A stretch of DNA of 64,000 bases from Deltaproteobacteria bacterium (GTDB lineage Bacteria > Desulfobacterota > Desulfarculia > Adiutricales > Adiutricaceae). The notes under the pieces are model-generated. The model did no database searches. It was given only the letters and a program-made list of their open reading frames with translations, and was not told the origin of the DNA. Shown in pieces: positions 30,537 to 40,000 of this stretch. The stretch is taken from positions 32,379 through 96,378 of the forward strand of contig JAISMF010000065.1 in the NCBI GenBank assembly GCA_031276865.1, in the 5' to 3' direction. The translations under genes were made by a program, and so were the position numbers. Numbering within the stretch: position 1 is the stretch's first letter; every line of letters begins with the position of its first letter.

Positions 30537-31517
30537 ATGGAAGAGAAAATAGACGGAAACCCGCTTCTAAAGATAAACGGCCTGGCCCTGGGCTTCGGGT
30601 CCGGGTCCTACCTTCCTGTTAAGTCCCTGGATCTGGAACTCGGCCAGGGGGAAGTGGCCGGGTTAGTGGGGGAGAGCGGCTCGGGAAAATCGCTCACCGC
30701 CTTCGCGCTCATGGACATCCTCCCCTACGGGGCCACGGTTAGAAAGGGGGAAATCCTCTTCCAAGGGGAGAACATCTTGGAGTATTCCGCTAAAAAAAGG
30801 CGGGAGCTCTGCGGCAAAAAGATGGGCATGATCTTCCAGGAGCCTCTTTCCGCGTTGAACCCGGTTTTAACCATCGGCGATCAAGTCTCCGAGATATTCC
30901 GCCACCGCCTTAAAACCGGCAAAAAGGAAGCTCGGGAGAGGGCGCTGGAGCTTTTAAGCCGGGTGGGGCTCCCCAACCCGGGATCCGCCTACGAGTCCTA
31001 CCCCCACCGCTTTTCCGGCGGGATGCGCCAGAGGGTGGTGATAGCCATGGCCTTGGCTTTGAACCCGGACTTAGTCGTCGCGGACGAGCCCACCACGGCC
31101 TTGGATCCCACCATCGCCCTCCAGATAATCAAGCTTTTAAAAGATTTAACCGCCGGTAAAAAAACCGGGGTGCTCTTCATCACCCACAACCTTAGACTCC
31201 TGGAAGGTCTGGCGGAAAGGATATTCGTCATGTACGCGGGGCTCGTCTTGGAGGAGACCGCCGGCGGCCTCAAAGACCCCCTCCACCCCTACACCCTGGG
31301 TCTGGTGAAGGCCCTTCCCCCCGGACCCTCGGAGAAAACCGGAAAAACCATGATCCCCATCCCGGGCCAAGCCCCCTCCCCCGGAGACATCCTCCCCGGC
31401 TGCCCCTTCGCGCCGCGCTGCCTCGATCGCTTCCAGCTCTGCCTGGAAGAACTTCCGGAGCTTCACCTCCTTTCCGGCGGACGCCGGGCGCGCTGCCACA
31501 AATACCGCCCATGCTAA
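30537..31517 (+). CDS. Oligopeptide/dipeptide ABC transporter ATP-binding protein (OppD/DppD type)
   Basis: Walker A GESGSGKS, signature FSGGMRQR, Walker B VVADEPTTALD, C-terminal oligopeptide-type extension with CPFAPRC. Confidence 0.85.
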   Translation: MEEKIDGNPLLKINGLALGFGSGSYLPVKSLDLELGQGEVAGLVGESGSGKSLTAFALMDILPYGATVRKGEILFQGENILEYSAKKRRELCGKKMGMIFQEPLSALNPVLTIGDQVSEIFRHRLKTGKKEARERALELLSRVGLPNPGSAYESYPHRFSGGMRQRVVIAMALALNPDLVVADEPTTALDPTIALQIIKLLKDLTAGKKTGVLFITHNLRLLEGLAERIFVMYAGLVLEETAGGLKDPLHPYTLGLVKALPPGPSEKTGKTMIPIPGQAPSPGDILPGCPFAPRCLDRFQLCLEELPELHLLSGGRRARCHKYRPC

Positions 31518-32491
31518 AGGCCGAGGGAGTCTTTAAAAGCTTCCGCGAGAACACCGGACTCTGGGGCGAGGCGAAGCGCCTTTTAGGGCTCGATCCGGAA
31601 GGCGGGGTCAAGGCGGTGAGGGGGGTCACCCTGGAGGCGGAAAAGGGGGAGACCTTGGGTTTGGTGGGGGAGAGCGGCTCGGGAAAATCCACCCTGGGAA
31701 GGATCTTCTGCTCCATCCACCAGCCGGACAAGGGAAGGGTGCTCTGGAAGGGAAAAGACATCTCGCTTTTCACCAAAAAGGAGCGCTTCGCCTTTCATAA
31801 GAGCGTCCAATACATGTTCCAGGATCCGGCGGCGGCTTTGAACCCCAGGTTCACGGCGGAAAAATCCCTCGCGGAGGGACTCTTGATCCACGGCCTCGGC
31901 GCGAGGGCCGAAAGAAAAAAAAGGGTGGAGACGCTCTTAACGGAGGTGGGCCTGGATCCAACGCTTTCCTCCCGCTATCCCCACCAGTTTTCCGGGGGTC
32001 AACGACAGAGACTGTGCCTGGCTAGAGCCTTGAGCCTCAATCCCGAGCTCTTAATAGCCGACGAGCCGGCCTCGGCCTTGGACGTCTCGGTGCAGGCCCA
32101 GATCATAAACCTGCTTTTGGAAGAAAAGAGGAAACGCGGGCTCACCCTCGTGATAATCAGCCACGACCTGGCCCTGGTCTCCTACATCGCCGACCGGATA
32201 GCCGTCATGTACGGCGGACTCATAATGGAGATAACCCCGAAGGCCTTTTTAGGCGAAATCAACCACCATCCCTACGTGAAGGCCCTCTGGGCCTCGGCCG
32301 AGTACACGGTGGACGCTTCCAAGGATCTGATTCTGGAAGGCGAGCCCCCTGATCCGGAAAACCCTCCCCAAGGCTGCCCCTTCCGGCCCCGCTGCCCCGA
32401 GGCCCAAGACATCTGCCTCAACCTTCCCAGCCTCGAAGAAGACGCCCCGGGGCATCTCTCGGCCTGCCATTTCCGAGGGACGGCTCCGTAG
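31511..32491 (+). CDS. Oligopeptide/dipeptide ABC transporter ATP-binding protein (OppF/DppF type)
   Basis: GESGSGKST, FSGGQRQR, LIADEPASALD, C-terminal CPFRPRCP. Overlaps the upstream gene by 7 nt. Confidence 0.85.
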   Translation: MLKAEGVFKSFRENTGLWGEAKRLLGLDPEGGVKAVRGVTLEAEKGETLGLVGESGSGKSTLGRIFCSIHQPDKGRVLWKGKDISLFTKKERFAFHKSVQYMFQDPAAALNPRFTAEKSLAEGLLIHGLGARAERKKRVETLLTEVGLDPTLSSRYPHQFSGGQRQRLCLARALSLNPELLIADEPASALDVSVQAQIINLLLEEKRKRGLTLVIISHDLALVSYIADRIAVMYGGLIMEITPKAFLGEINHHPYVKALWASAEYTVDASKDLILEGEPPDPENPPQGCPFRPRCPEAQDICLNLPSLEEDAPGHLSACHFRGTAP

Positions 32492-32582
32492 GCGGGCTCA
32501 ACCGTAGGCGGGCTCAACAGTCGTATCGCCCGTTTTGCGGAAGAAGCGTCTTTGCCGAACCGCCGGAGTTTTTTAGCCGGGT

Positions 32583-32803
32583 TGGGCTTTTCCAAGGAAA
32601 CGGGCTTTTTTGGAGGAACGGACTTTGTCGGAGGGCCAACTTTTTAGGCGGGCCAACTTTTTAGGAGGACCAATTTTTTAGGCAAACCGGGCTTTTTCCA
32701 GTGAACCTAACTTTTCCGAATCTTCGGCTTTTCCGAAGATCCGGGCTTATCCGAAGATCCGGGCTTTCCCGAAAATTCGGGCTTTTCCGAAGTTCCGGGC
32801 TAT
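32583..32803. repeat. Degenerate 17-20-nt tandem repeats (GGGCCAACTTTTTAGGC... then CCGGGCTTTTCCGAAGAT...)
   Basis: Read directly in the oppF / M23 convergent spacer. Confidence 0.7.
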
Positions 32804-32983
32804 TTACAGGTCTGTTTCACCCAGAGAAGCTCGAAACGGGGCTTATCTCTGATAACTCAGGGATAAGACCCGTTAATCTTTTTCAGCCCCCTCTCTTTAA
32901 GAGAGCCTCCCTAGCGGCCCCGCGCGCCGTCTCCTTCACCTCCCCCCACGCGGCTCCACGGGCGCCGGCCATTACTTCCCGGC

Positions 32984-33892
32984 CTAATCCTCCAGGGTGG
33001 TGGTGAGTTTCCGGAAGGCGCTGGGGTCGATTCTGGCGCCGTTTAAGTAGATCCCGTAGTGGAGGTGAGCACCGGTCACCCTCCCCGTCTTTCCCACCAG
33101 GGCGATGGGCTCGTCCCCCTTGTTCACCATCTGCCCGTCGCTCACCAAAATCTCCGAGAGATGAAAATACATGCTGATGAGCCCTTGACCGTGGTCGATG
33201 TAAACTGAGTTCCCGGCGAAAAAGTGGTCGCCCGTCAGTATCACCCTCCCGGAGGCCGGAGCCCGCACCGGAGCCCCCTCCGGGGCCCGGTAGTCGGCAC
33301 CGGCGTGGGGTCTGGGGTTGAGGATCCCGTTCATGCGGGTTCTCCGGCCAAAGGAGCTGTTGATCTGGGCGTTCACCGGCTCCAGAAACTCTCCCGACCA
33401 GAGCCTTTCCGGAGACACCGTGGCCAGGGCCTTGTCCACCAGGACCTTCTCCCTGGCGGCCCTAGCCTGGTCTTCCGCCGACAGCTTAACCTGGCTCTCG
33501 GGTACGTTAATGACCCTCACCCCGTAATCTTTGGCGGCGAGGACGATATCCAGGACGCTTTCGAAGACTTCCCCGTTCTTTTCATAATTAATCTTCAGGG
33601 GATAAGTCCCCTCAGTAAGCATCACGTCCGCTCCAAAGAGTCCGGTCCAACCGTTGCGGGTGAGGAAAAAGAAGACCGGACGATTGTCGAAGAGACCCAT
33701 AGGCGGAACCAGCACCTCGGGGTCGGCGATGGCTACCCTGGCCGGGGCTCCGATATCCAGAGGATTGGGAACCACCCTCACCGCCGCCTCCGGATTTTCC
33801 AAATCCGGCACAAAGGTCTGGGAAAAGGCCCGGGGGACGATAAGAAGCGCGCAGGCGAGTAGAAGGGGAAAAAGAAGAAGTTTCAGTTTCAT
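32984..33892 (-). CDS. M23 family (LytM-type) metallopeptidase, secreted
   Basis: Signal peptide MKLKLLLFPLLLACALLIVPRAFSQ. Motifs HAGADY, IDHGQGLISMYFHL, GAHLHYGIYLNG. Confidence 0.85.
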   Translation of the reverse strand: MKLKLLLFPLLLACALLIVPRAFSQTFVPDLENPEAAVRVVPNPLDIGAPARVAIADPEVLVPPMGLFDNRPVFFFLTRNGWTGLFGADVMLTEGTYPLKINYEKNGEVFESVLDIVLAAKDYGVRVINVPESQVKLSAEDQARAAREKVLVDKALATVSPERLWSGEFLEPVNAQINSSFGRRTRMNGILNPRPHAGADYRAPEGAPVRAPASGRVILTGDHFFAGNSVYIDHGQGLISMYFHLSEILVSDGQMVNKGDEPIALVGKTGRVTGAHLHYGIYLNGARIDPSAFRKLTTTLED

Positions 33893-34654
33893 CAGGACGC
33901 CGTTTCGTTAAGGGGCGGGAAATAACGGATTTACCGTTTTTAAAAAAATAAAAAAACTCCAAAAACGGAAAGAAAAACAATTCCGGAAGTGAAAACAGCT
34001 GAAAAATTTAAGAATCCACCTATCCACCCCTGCCGCTAAATCGCCGTTATCCTCCCCGTGAATGAAAGAAACATAAAACGATGGAAAAGGTTAAAAAACT
34101 AGGATGACATCTTCGAACCGGATCCGTTGTTTCACCAGTTTAATCTTCATTTCAGCTAAGGCGTCAGCCGTGGAGACGCTTTTGATTCGGCGTTATATTC
34201 GTTTCAAATCCAGTTACGGATTATGGGAGGAAATCATATTTTATCATCGATATACTCTTTGGTATATTCTTCTGTTAAGCGACTATAAAAAATCAATTAT
34301 TTTCCGTCTTTATCCGGCGTGAAAAATAATCATGCGCTGATAAAAAGTCCTGCCTCCGGAAATATAACCCGTTATAGAGCGTGGAGCATCCTATTAATTT
34401 TCTTATCAGGCCGGATAAGTTAATGTATAGAGTGGTCCGTCTTCTCACTTTTCCGTTTCATTGGTTTCATTCATTTCACCGACCAAGCGCGCCGAAAAGA
34501 AAGTTATCACATACCGCAAACACGTCAAGCGGAGAGGAGCCGAACGGAGCCTGATGCTCGCCTCGGTTTTACAAATGAAAATGGTTAGCAGAGATATATA
34601 AAAAAGAATAAAAGCTGGGCGGAAAAAATAAATTTGAAGCCGGGAAAAAAAGTG

Positions 34655-34921
34655 TTAACGGGATTTAGAGGGCGATTCCTTAAGAAAGAACTCATGGTAT
34701 TCTTCCCGGCTGAGATGGCGGCGCAGGGTGTCCCCCAGAATTCGAAAATAGGCGGAAATCTCTTCGGGACTTAATCTTGGGAGAATCCTTTTCATGACCT
34801 CGTCGTCTGAAAACTTCTGCAGATAGACTTCAAGGGTGGCCAAGTCGGTTTCCTGATCGAACCCCTCGGCCAGAAGACCCGTCCAGTTCTCGACAAAGTC
34901 ATGGGTGTGCTGGGGAGGCAT
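34655..34921 (-). CDS. Hypothetical protein (88 aa)
   Basis: ATG abuts the TAG of the upstream ORF (TAGATG). GC content typical of the genome. No family recognised. Confidence 0.5.
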   Translation of the reverse strand: MPPQHTHDFVENWTGLLAEGFDQETDLATLEVYLQKFSDDEVMKRILPRLSPEEISAYFRILGDTLRRHLSREEYHEFFLKESPSKSR

Positions 34922-35359
34922 CTATTTCGTCCACCAGCCGTCTTTCTTAGAGGTCTGGGCGCCGTTAGCGGGCTTCTTCGAGGAACCGAAAATCGTGGGC
35001 GTCCTACCGGGGGCGGTCCCCCTGGCCGGAGGGCAGGCTTTGGAGGAAGGCTGTTTGGCCGGAGGATTCAGGATGCTGTCCAGCTTGGGCTTTAACTGAC
35101 TGAACTTTTTCGCCCCCTGCTCCACGTAAAGCCAGTTGGCGCCGGTAACCTCCTCCAGGCTGAAGCGTTCACGGATTCCGGTAAGCATGAAGGCGTCATC
35201 AAGGAGGATCATTTCCACATAGGTATCGGTGATGCTCAAAGTGACCCAGAAATTGCGGTATTCCGCATGCTTGGCGGTGCTGCCCGTGCCTATGGTGCTT
35301 TTTTTGGTTTGTAGGTAGATGCCCTCCAGCAATTTCTCATCCGCCATGCCTTCCTCCAT
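34922..35359 (-). CDS. Hypothetical protein (145 aa) with Pro/Lys/Ser/Gly-rich C-terminal third
   Basis: Intact ORF preceded by an AT-rich promoter-like region. No family recognised. Confidence 0.5.
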   Translation of the reverse strand: MEEGMADEKLLEGIYLQTKKSTIGTGSTAKHAEYRNFWVTLSITDTYVEMILLDDAFMLTGIRERFSLEEVTGANWLYVEQGAKKFSQLKPKLDSILNPPAKQPSSKACPPARGTAPGRTPTIFGSSKKPANGAQTSKKDGWWTK

Positions 35360-37055
35360 ACGCTCAAAGGCGCCCCAAGCCTGACGCCCGCCCTTCCAGC
35401 CCGGAATTTACTTTTTTGAGGCAGAAGGAAATTATAAATCTGTAGAAACGCCCGCGTCAAAAAAGACAGGGGCAACACTCCAAAGCAAAGACGATGTTCG
35501 TTTAAAACAAAACGGCAGCTCAAAAAAAATCATATTGGATTAATTATAAAATTAAATAAAAAAATTTATACATCAATGAGCTATAATTACCTTATAATAT
35601 AATTATTAATTTTAAATATAGTTACGTCAAAATCAAAAATTCACGCATACCGCCCCAGCGTAAAGCCGGATTCGGCTCAAAAAAGCTAAAATTCATCCCT
35701 TAGCGTAAAACAGCCGATTTTTACCCTTGTATTGAAGCAAACGCTTTATCATGAGGGAGTCTTTTCGCGGGGGGCCGGTTGAAGAAAAATCCCGTTGTAA
35801 ATAACGCAAGGAAGCCTTCGCTGGTTCAAAAGAAAATAAAAGCGGGAAAAAATAAAAAAAGGCGGTATAAAACTTAGGGATGGAGCAGATGCGAACAAAT
35901 TGATGGCGCGGCTTTTTTCACTTGGTCAGTTTACCAGATATACCCCTAAAAACAAAACAAAATTCAGACTTGACACAGTCTGAAAAACTAATTTTAACGA
36001 GTCAGCTTCCAAAAAAGGCTTTATTTCACAGGAGGACTCGGGAGTATTTTGCCGACGGATCCTCCGGTGGGAAAGCGGCGCGCATAGAGGACCTGCCTTC
36101 TCTGGTATATAATATTTTATGTTATCATAATGTAAATTATTGCTCATTAAGCAAGAATACTCGATAAAAGGAAACTATAAAAAATTTAGTAAGATTAATA
36201 TTATTAAAATTCTATGAATATATATATTTCCATTCTAAAACGTAAATATTATATATTTAGAATGATACTATAATCTAATGATGTAAAATATTAAAATTTC
36301 GTCTTGATATAAAATTCAATTGATAACAGCTCCTTTATAAGCGAAAATACCCGATAAACCCAGAAAAATAATTTGCGCTGAATCATGGGATTACTTACGT
36401 CCCTTTTTGTATCAGAAAATTCTTCACTTGCAATCTCAAACCTTAAATACGTAAATTAATTATTCTTAAGGAAATAATTAAATTTGATTAAACAACAGCA
36501 AATTGCAAAGCCGATTAGAGCCAGTCGCATCCGTCATATGCCAGACAAGAGCGATCTCCACGGGCGGCGTATTGGCACAACTTAGCCGTCTCGGAATCTG
36601 CTTGATAAATTCAAAACAAGAAATTGTATAAGAAATAAAATCACATCGGCACGAATAATTATCCACTTACTGAGAATGTTTTGATTATTCATGAAATTGG
36701 ATATTTGTTGAGCATTTGCGAATTAAAAAAATTTTAAGGCTACCATGGCGTTCTAATAAGAGAACAATTTGTATTGAAATCAAGCTTAACAAAATGTAAA
36801 ACTATGCGACAATAAAGTTGTCTTCCCAATTATAAGGCAAACGTAATGAAAGTATGAAACCTTGATAAGGGAATGAAATTTGAAACGACAAAAGCACTTA
36901 ATGGAAAGCTTAATAAATACAACCGGCTCCGAGAAAGCGTTAAAAATACGCAATATCGGAGCCGGATTTATTGAAACAAGATAAAATAGTTCCGTGATTC
37001 AGGATTGAAAAAGGAAAAAATAAGAACTCAACAAAATATTAGGAATAGAATCGGA

Positions 37056-40000
37056 TTAGAACTCATACCCCAAACGAATGCCGCCTGATAGACCTTCAAT
37101 CTCGCCCACATATCCCTGGAAACCGAATTCAAGGGAGAAGTGCTTGTTTTCAGTGGGGTGGGAAATCAGGCCAATTTCAAAAATTCCTGTTCCGCCTGTC
37201 ATGGAGGGGGTATCTAATTGAAATCTGCCATCTTCAACGCTGGCTGTAAATTTTTGATCAAATTCATAATCATAATAGCCGCCCACATACCAGTACGTAT
37301 CATTGGGTGTGAGCCGTGTGTACCTGATGCCTCCACGGGCCCTTAAGGAATCAGTATCGGAAAAAGCGATATGTTCTCCATCCTCCACGTAAACAGATTT
37401 GCCGTTCAGGCGGGACCAGTAGCCTCTTAAGACAAAATCCAAACTGGAAACGGCGTTAATGTCGTACATATAAGCTAAACCTAAATGAGCGGCTAAATAA
37501 GGCGTGCGCAGCTTATATCCGAGGTAATCATTTTCGTTGAAATTTGGAACGGTGGATTTGAAATCATTTTCCATTGTGCCGCTCCGAAATGAGGCTTCAA
37601 TGCGAAACTTATTGTTAAACGTCTGACGAGCCATAAGGCCGAGTCCAATATAACGAAGATGACCTTCCCCTTTTATGAGTTCAGTAAGTCCGTTAATATG
37701 TTGCACTTCATCACCGATATCAAATTTTCCGTAACCACCTTCAACATAAACACCGAATAGAAATTTACCTAAGTCGCCGGTATACTTTTTGGCCACACCG
37801 GCTAAAAATGTGGAAGCGTTGATATCAAAATCATCCATAACATCAAGATTAAATCTGGAAAAATCAATTCCAGCAAAAATCTGCCAGTAATTATCACCGT
37901 TTATCGCCATATCGGCCTGCTGGTAACTGTGATCCGGAAGCCAGGTGCTGGTTTGAGCCATAAAAGCCGATCCCACGGCGAAACCCTGGGTAAATATTGT
38001 CGTAGTCGGAGATGGAGCAATACGCCGAAGCCGGGCTACCTGAAAACGATTGCCAGTTGTGTCTGTTCCTCCAGGCTTATCCATTCTATCTATTATAAAT
38101 TCATAATCTGTCATATTGCTTCTTCGGGATGAAGCATACTGATTTCTGGGGGTTCCACCAATTGAATAATTGGAGGCGGTAGATTCGTGATCGTTTGCTT
38201 CTTCTGAACCAGCACTTATAAGAAAAAACCGGTCATCACCTGGAACAAGCTCACGTCCTAAGGTAAAAGAAGATAACGTTATAAGAGCGCCTTCAACAGA
38301 GACTTGTCCAGGAGTAGTATCATTATTAGTGGGATAGACCTTTAACAGAACCCTATCAGCATTGTTAACATCATCTCCGTTAAGCATGAAATGAATTTGA
38401 CCTTCTAATTGAGCTTTCTTGATCCATAAAGTATTGGTTTGATTTGGAAAATGTAGAGGATCCTTTTCCCAGCCGTTTACTTCCATGTAACCCGCCGGGG
38501 ATAAATGAAAGATATGCTCCTCTGCATCTAGAGTCATGCCATCTTTAAGAATAGTTCTACTATTATCTCGAAGTTCCACGTTGTTAAGGATAATCCCGTG
38601 GTCATCTGGATCGTAAGTGCCAACTAAAAATACATTGTCGCCGTCCCAGATGAAATCGCCGCCGTTTCCTAAAACCTCCATAAAAAAAGAACCTGCATAT
38701 GTAGCAGTATCATTATCTAACAGCTGATCTACTTTTATAGGATCTAATACCTGAACTTGAGAACCTGATTGCGCATCGATAACAAGTTTCGCATTTGACA
38801 TAACTTTAGGAGCAAGTGTCTCATATTCTCCATCGATAGGGCTACTATAAGGTACAGGCACCCAATCTACTATCTGGACACCTCCAAAATACAAAGAATT
38901 GTAACGTTTAGCGCCATTTTCATTAATTTCGTTGTTTCTAAAAATAGTGTTGTTATTTCCATTGGCTTCTAAGATAAGCGTGTCATAACTTTCTTTATTT
39001 ATGCAATCACCGCTACCATCGAATTTATTGCATGTTCCTGTGTCAACAACAACTGTTCCGTATACTTTCGCATCAGGAGAGTTGTTTATACCGTTGTAAA
39101 TACCAGTGTTAGGGGTAACAGTTGAAGAAAATTTATTATCAGTAAACCAGCTGTTAGATATTTTTAAAGTACCGTTCGCATCTCCTTGGCCCAGCCCGAA
39201 GGTGTAAACAGCCCCTCCACCTATCGGACCGTTATTTGCGGTGATCTCATTTCCAACAAAAGTGCTGTATTCAATCAATGAAATATGAACCTTCGGCATG
39301 TTAGGATCTGGAGCGTTATTTCTAGTACCACGTAACCCGTTCACACCAATTATTCCGCCGCCATCTATGAACGTGCCGGCTGAGACCTTGATATTAATAA
39401 AGACATTACCTATCACAGAATCAATCGATGAAGATTCATCGGCCCATGTGCCTATGATACCTCCTCCCATTATAAATCCCGCAGAGCTCACCGCCGGGTC
39501 CGATACACTTTTGTCAAATAAAAAGTAGTTAGATGTAATCGTTCCTATGTGAGCAGTCGAACCAGGTTCATATCCCACAACACCGATAAAACCACCACCC
39601 TGGATGGAACCTAAAATAGATGTGGGCCCGCTTTGTCCGCTTGGCGGTCGTGTAGTTTTTACTTTATTATCTTTATTAAAAGTGTTTCCGCTTATCGTTC
39701 CAATTTCACCTGGTCCTTGCCATGTCATTACGCCAATCAGTCCACCTCCGACCATGCCTAAACCATTTAATGTCACCTCATTGGCTATGTAATCATTTCC
39801 AGACACATTATTTATGCGGGCAGGCGCTGTCGAAGTTAACCCTAAAGCGCCGATTATACCGCCACCAAGTAGACTCGAGGTGTTATTTGTCAAAGTCTGA
39901 ACTTTCAGTTCGGAGAACTCATTTTCCGATATATCTCCAAGTTCAGCAAGACCAAACGCCGACATAGCTCCTATAATTCCGCCTCCGAATAATAAATTCG

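Noticed and set aside
35922-36666. ORFs of 62-81 aa in the AT-rich flank of the autotransporter
   Set aside because: They overlap each other on opposite strands, lie in AT-rich low-complexity DNA, and lack SD sequences.
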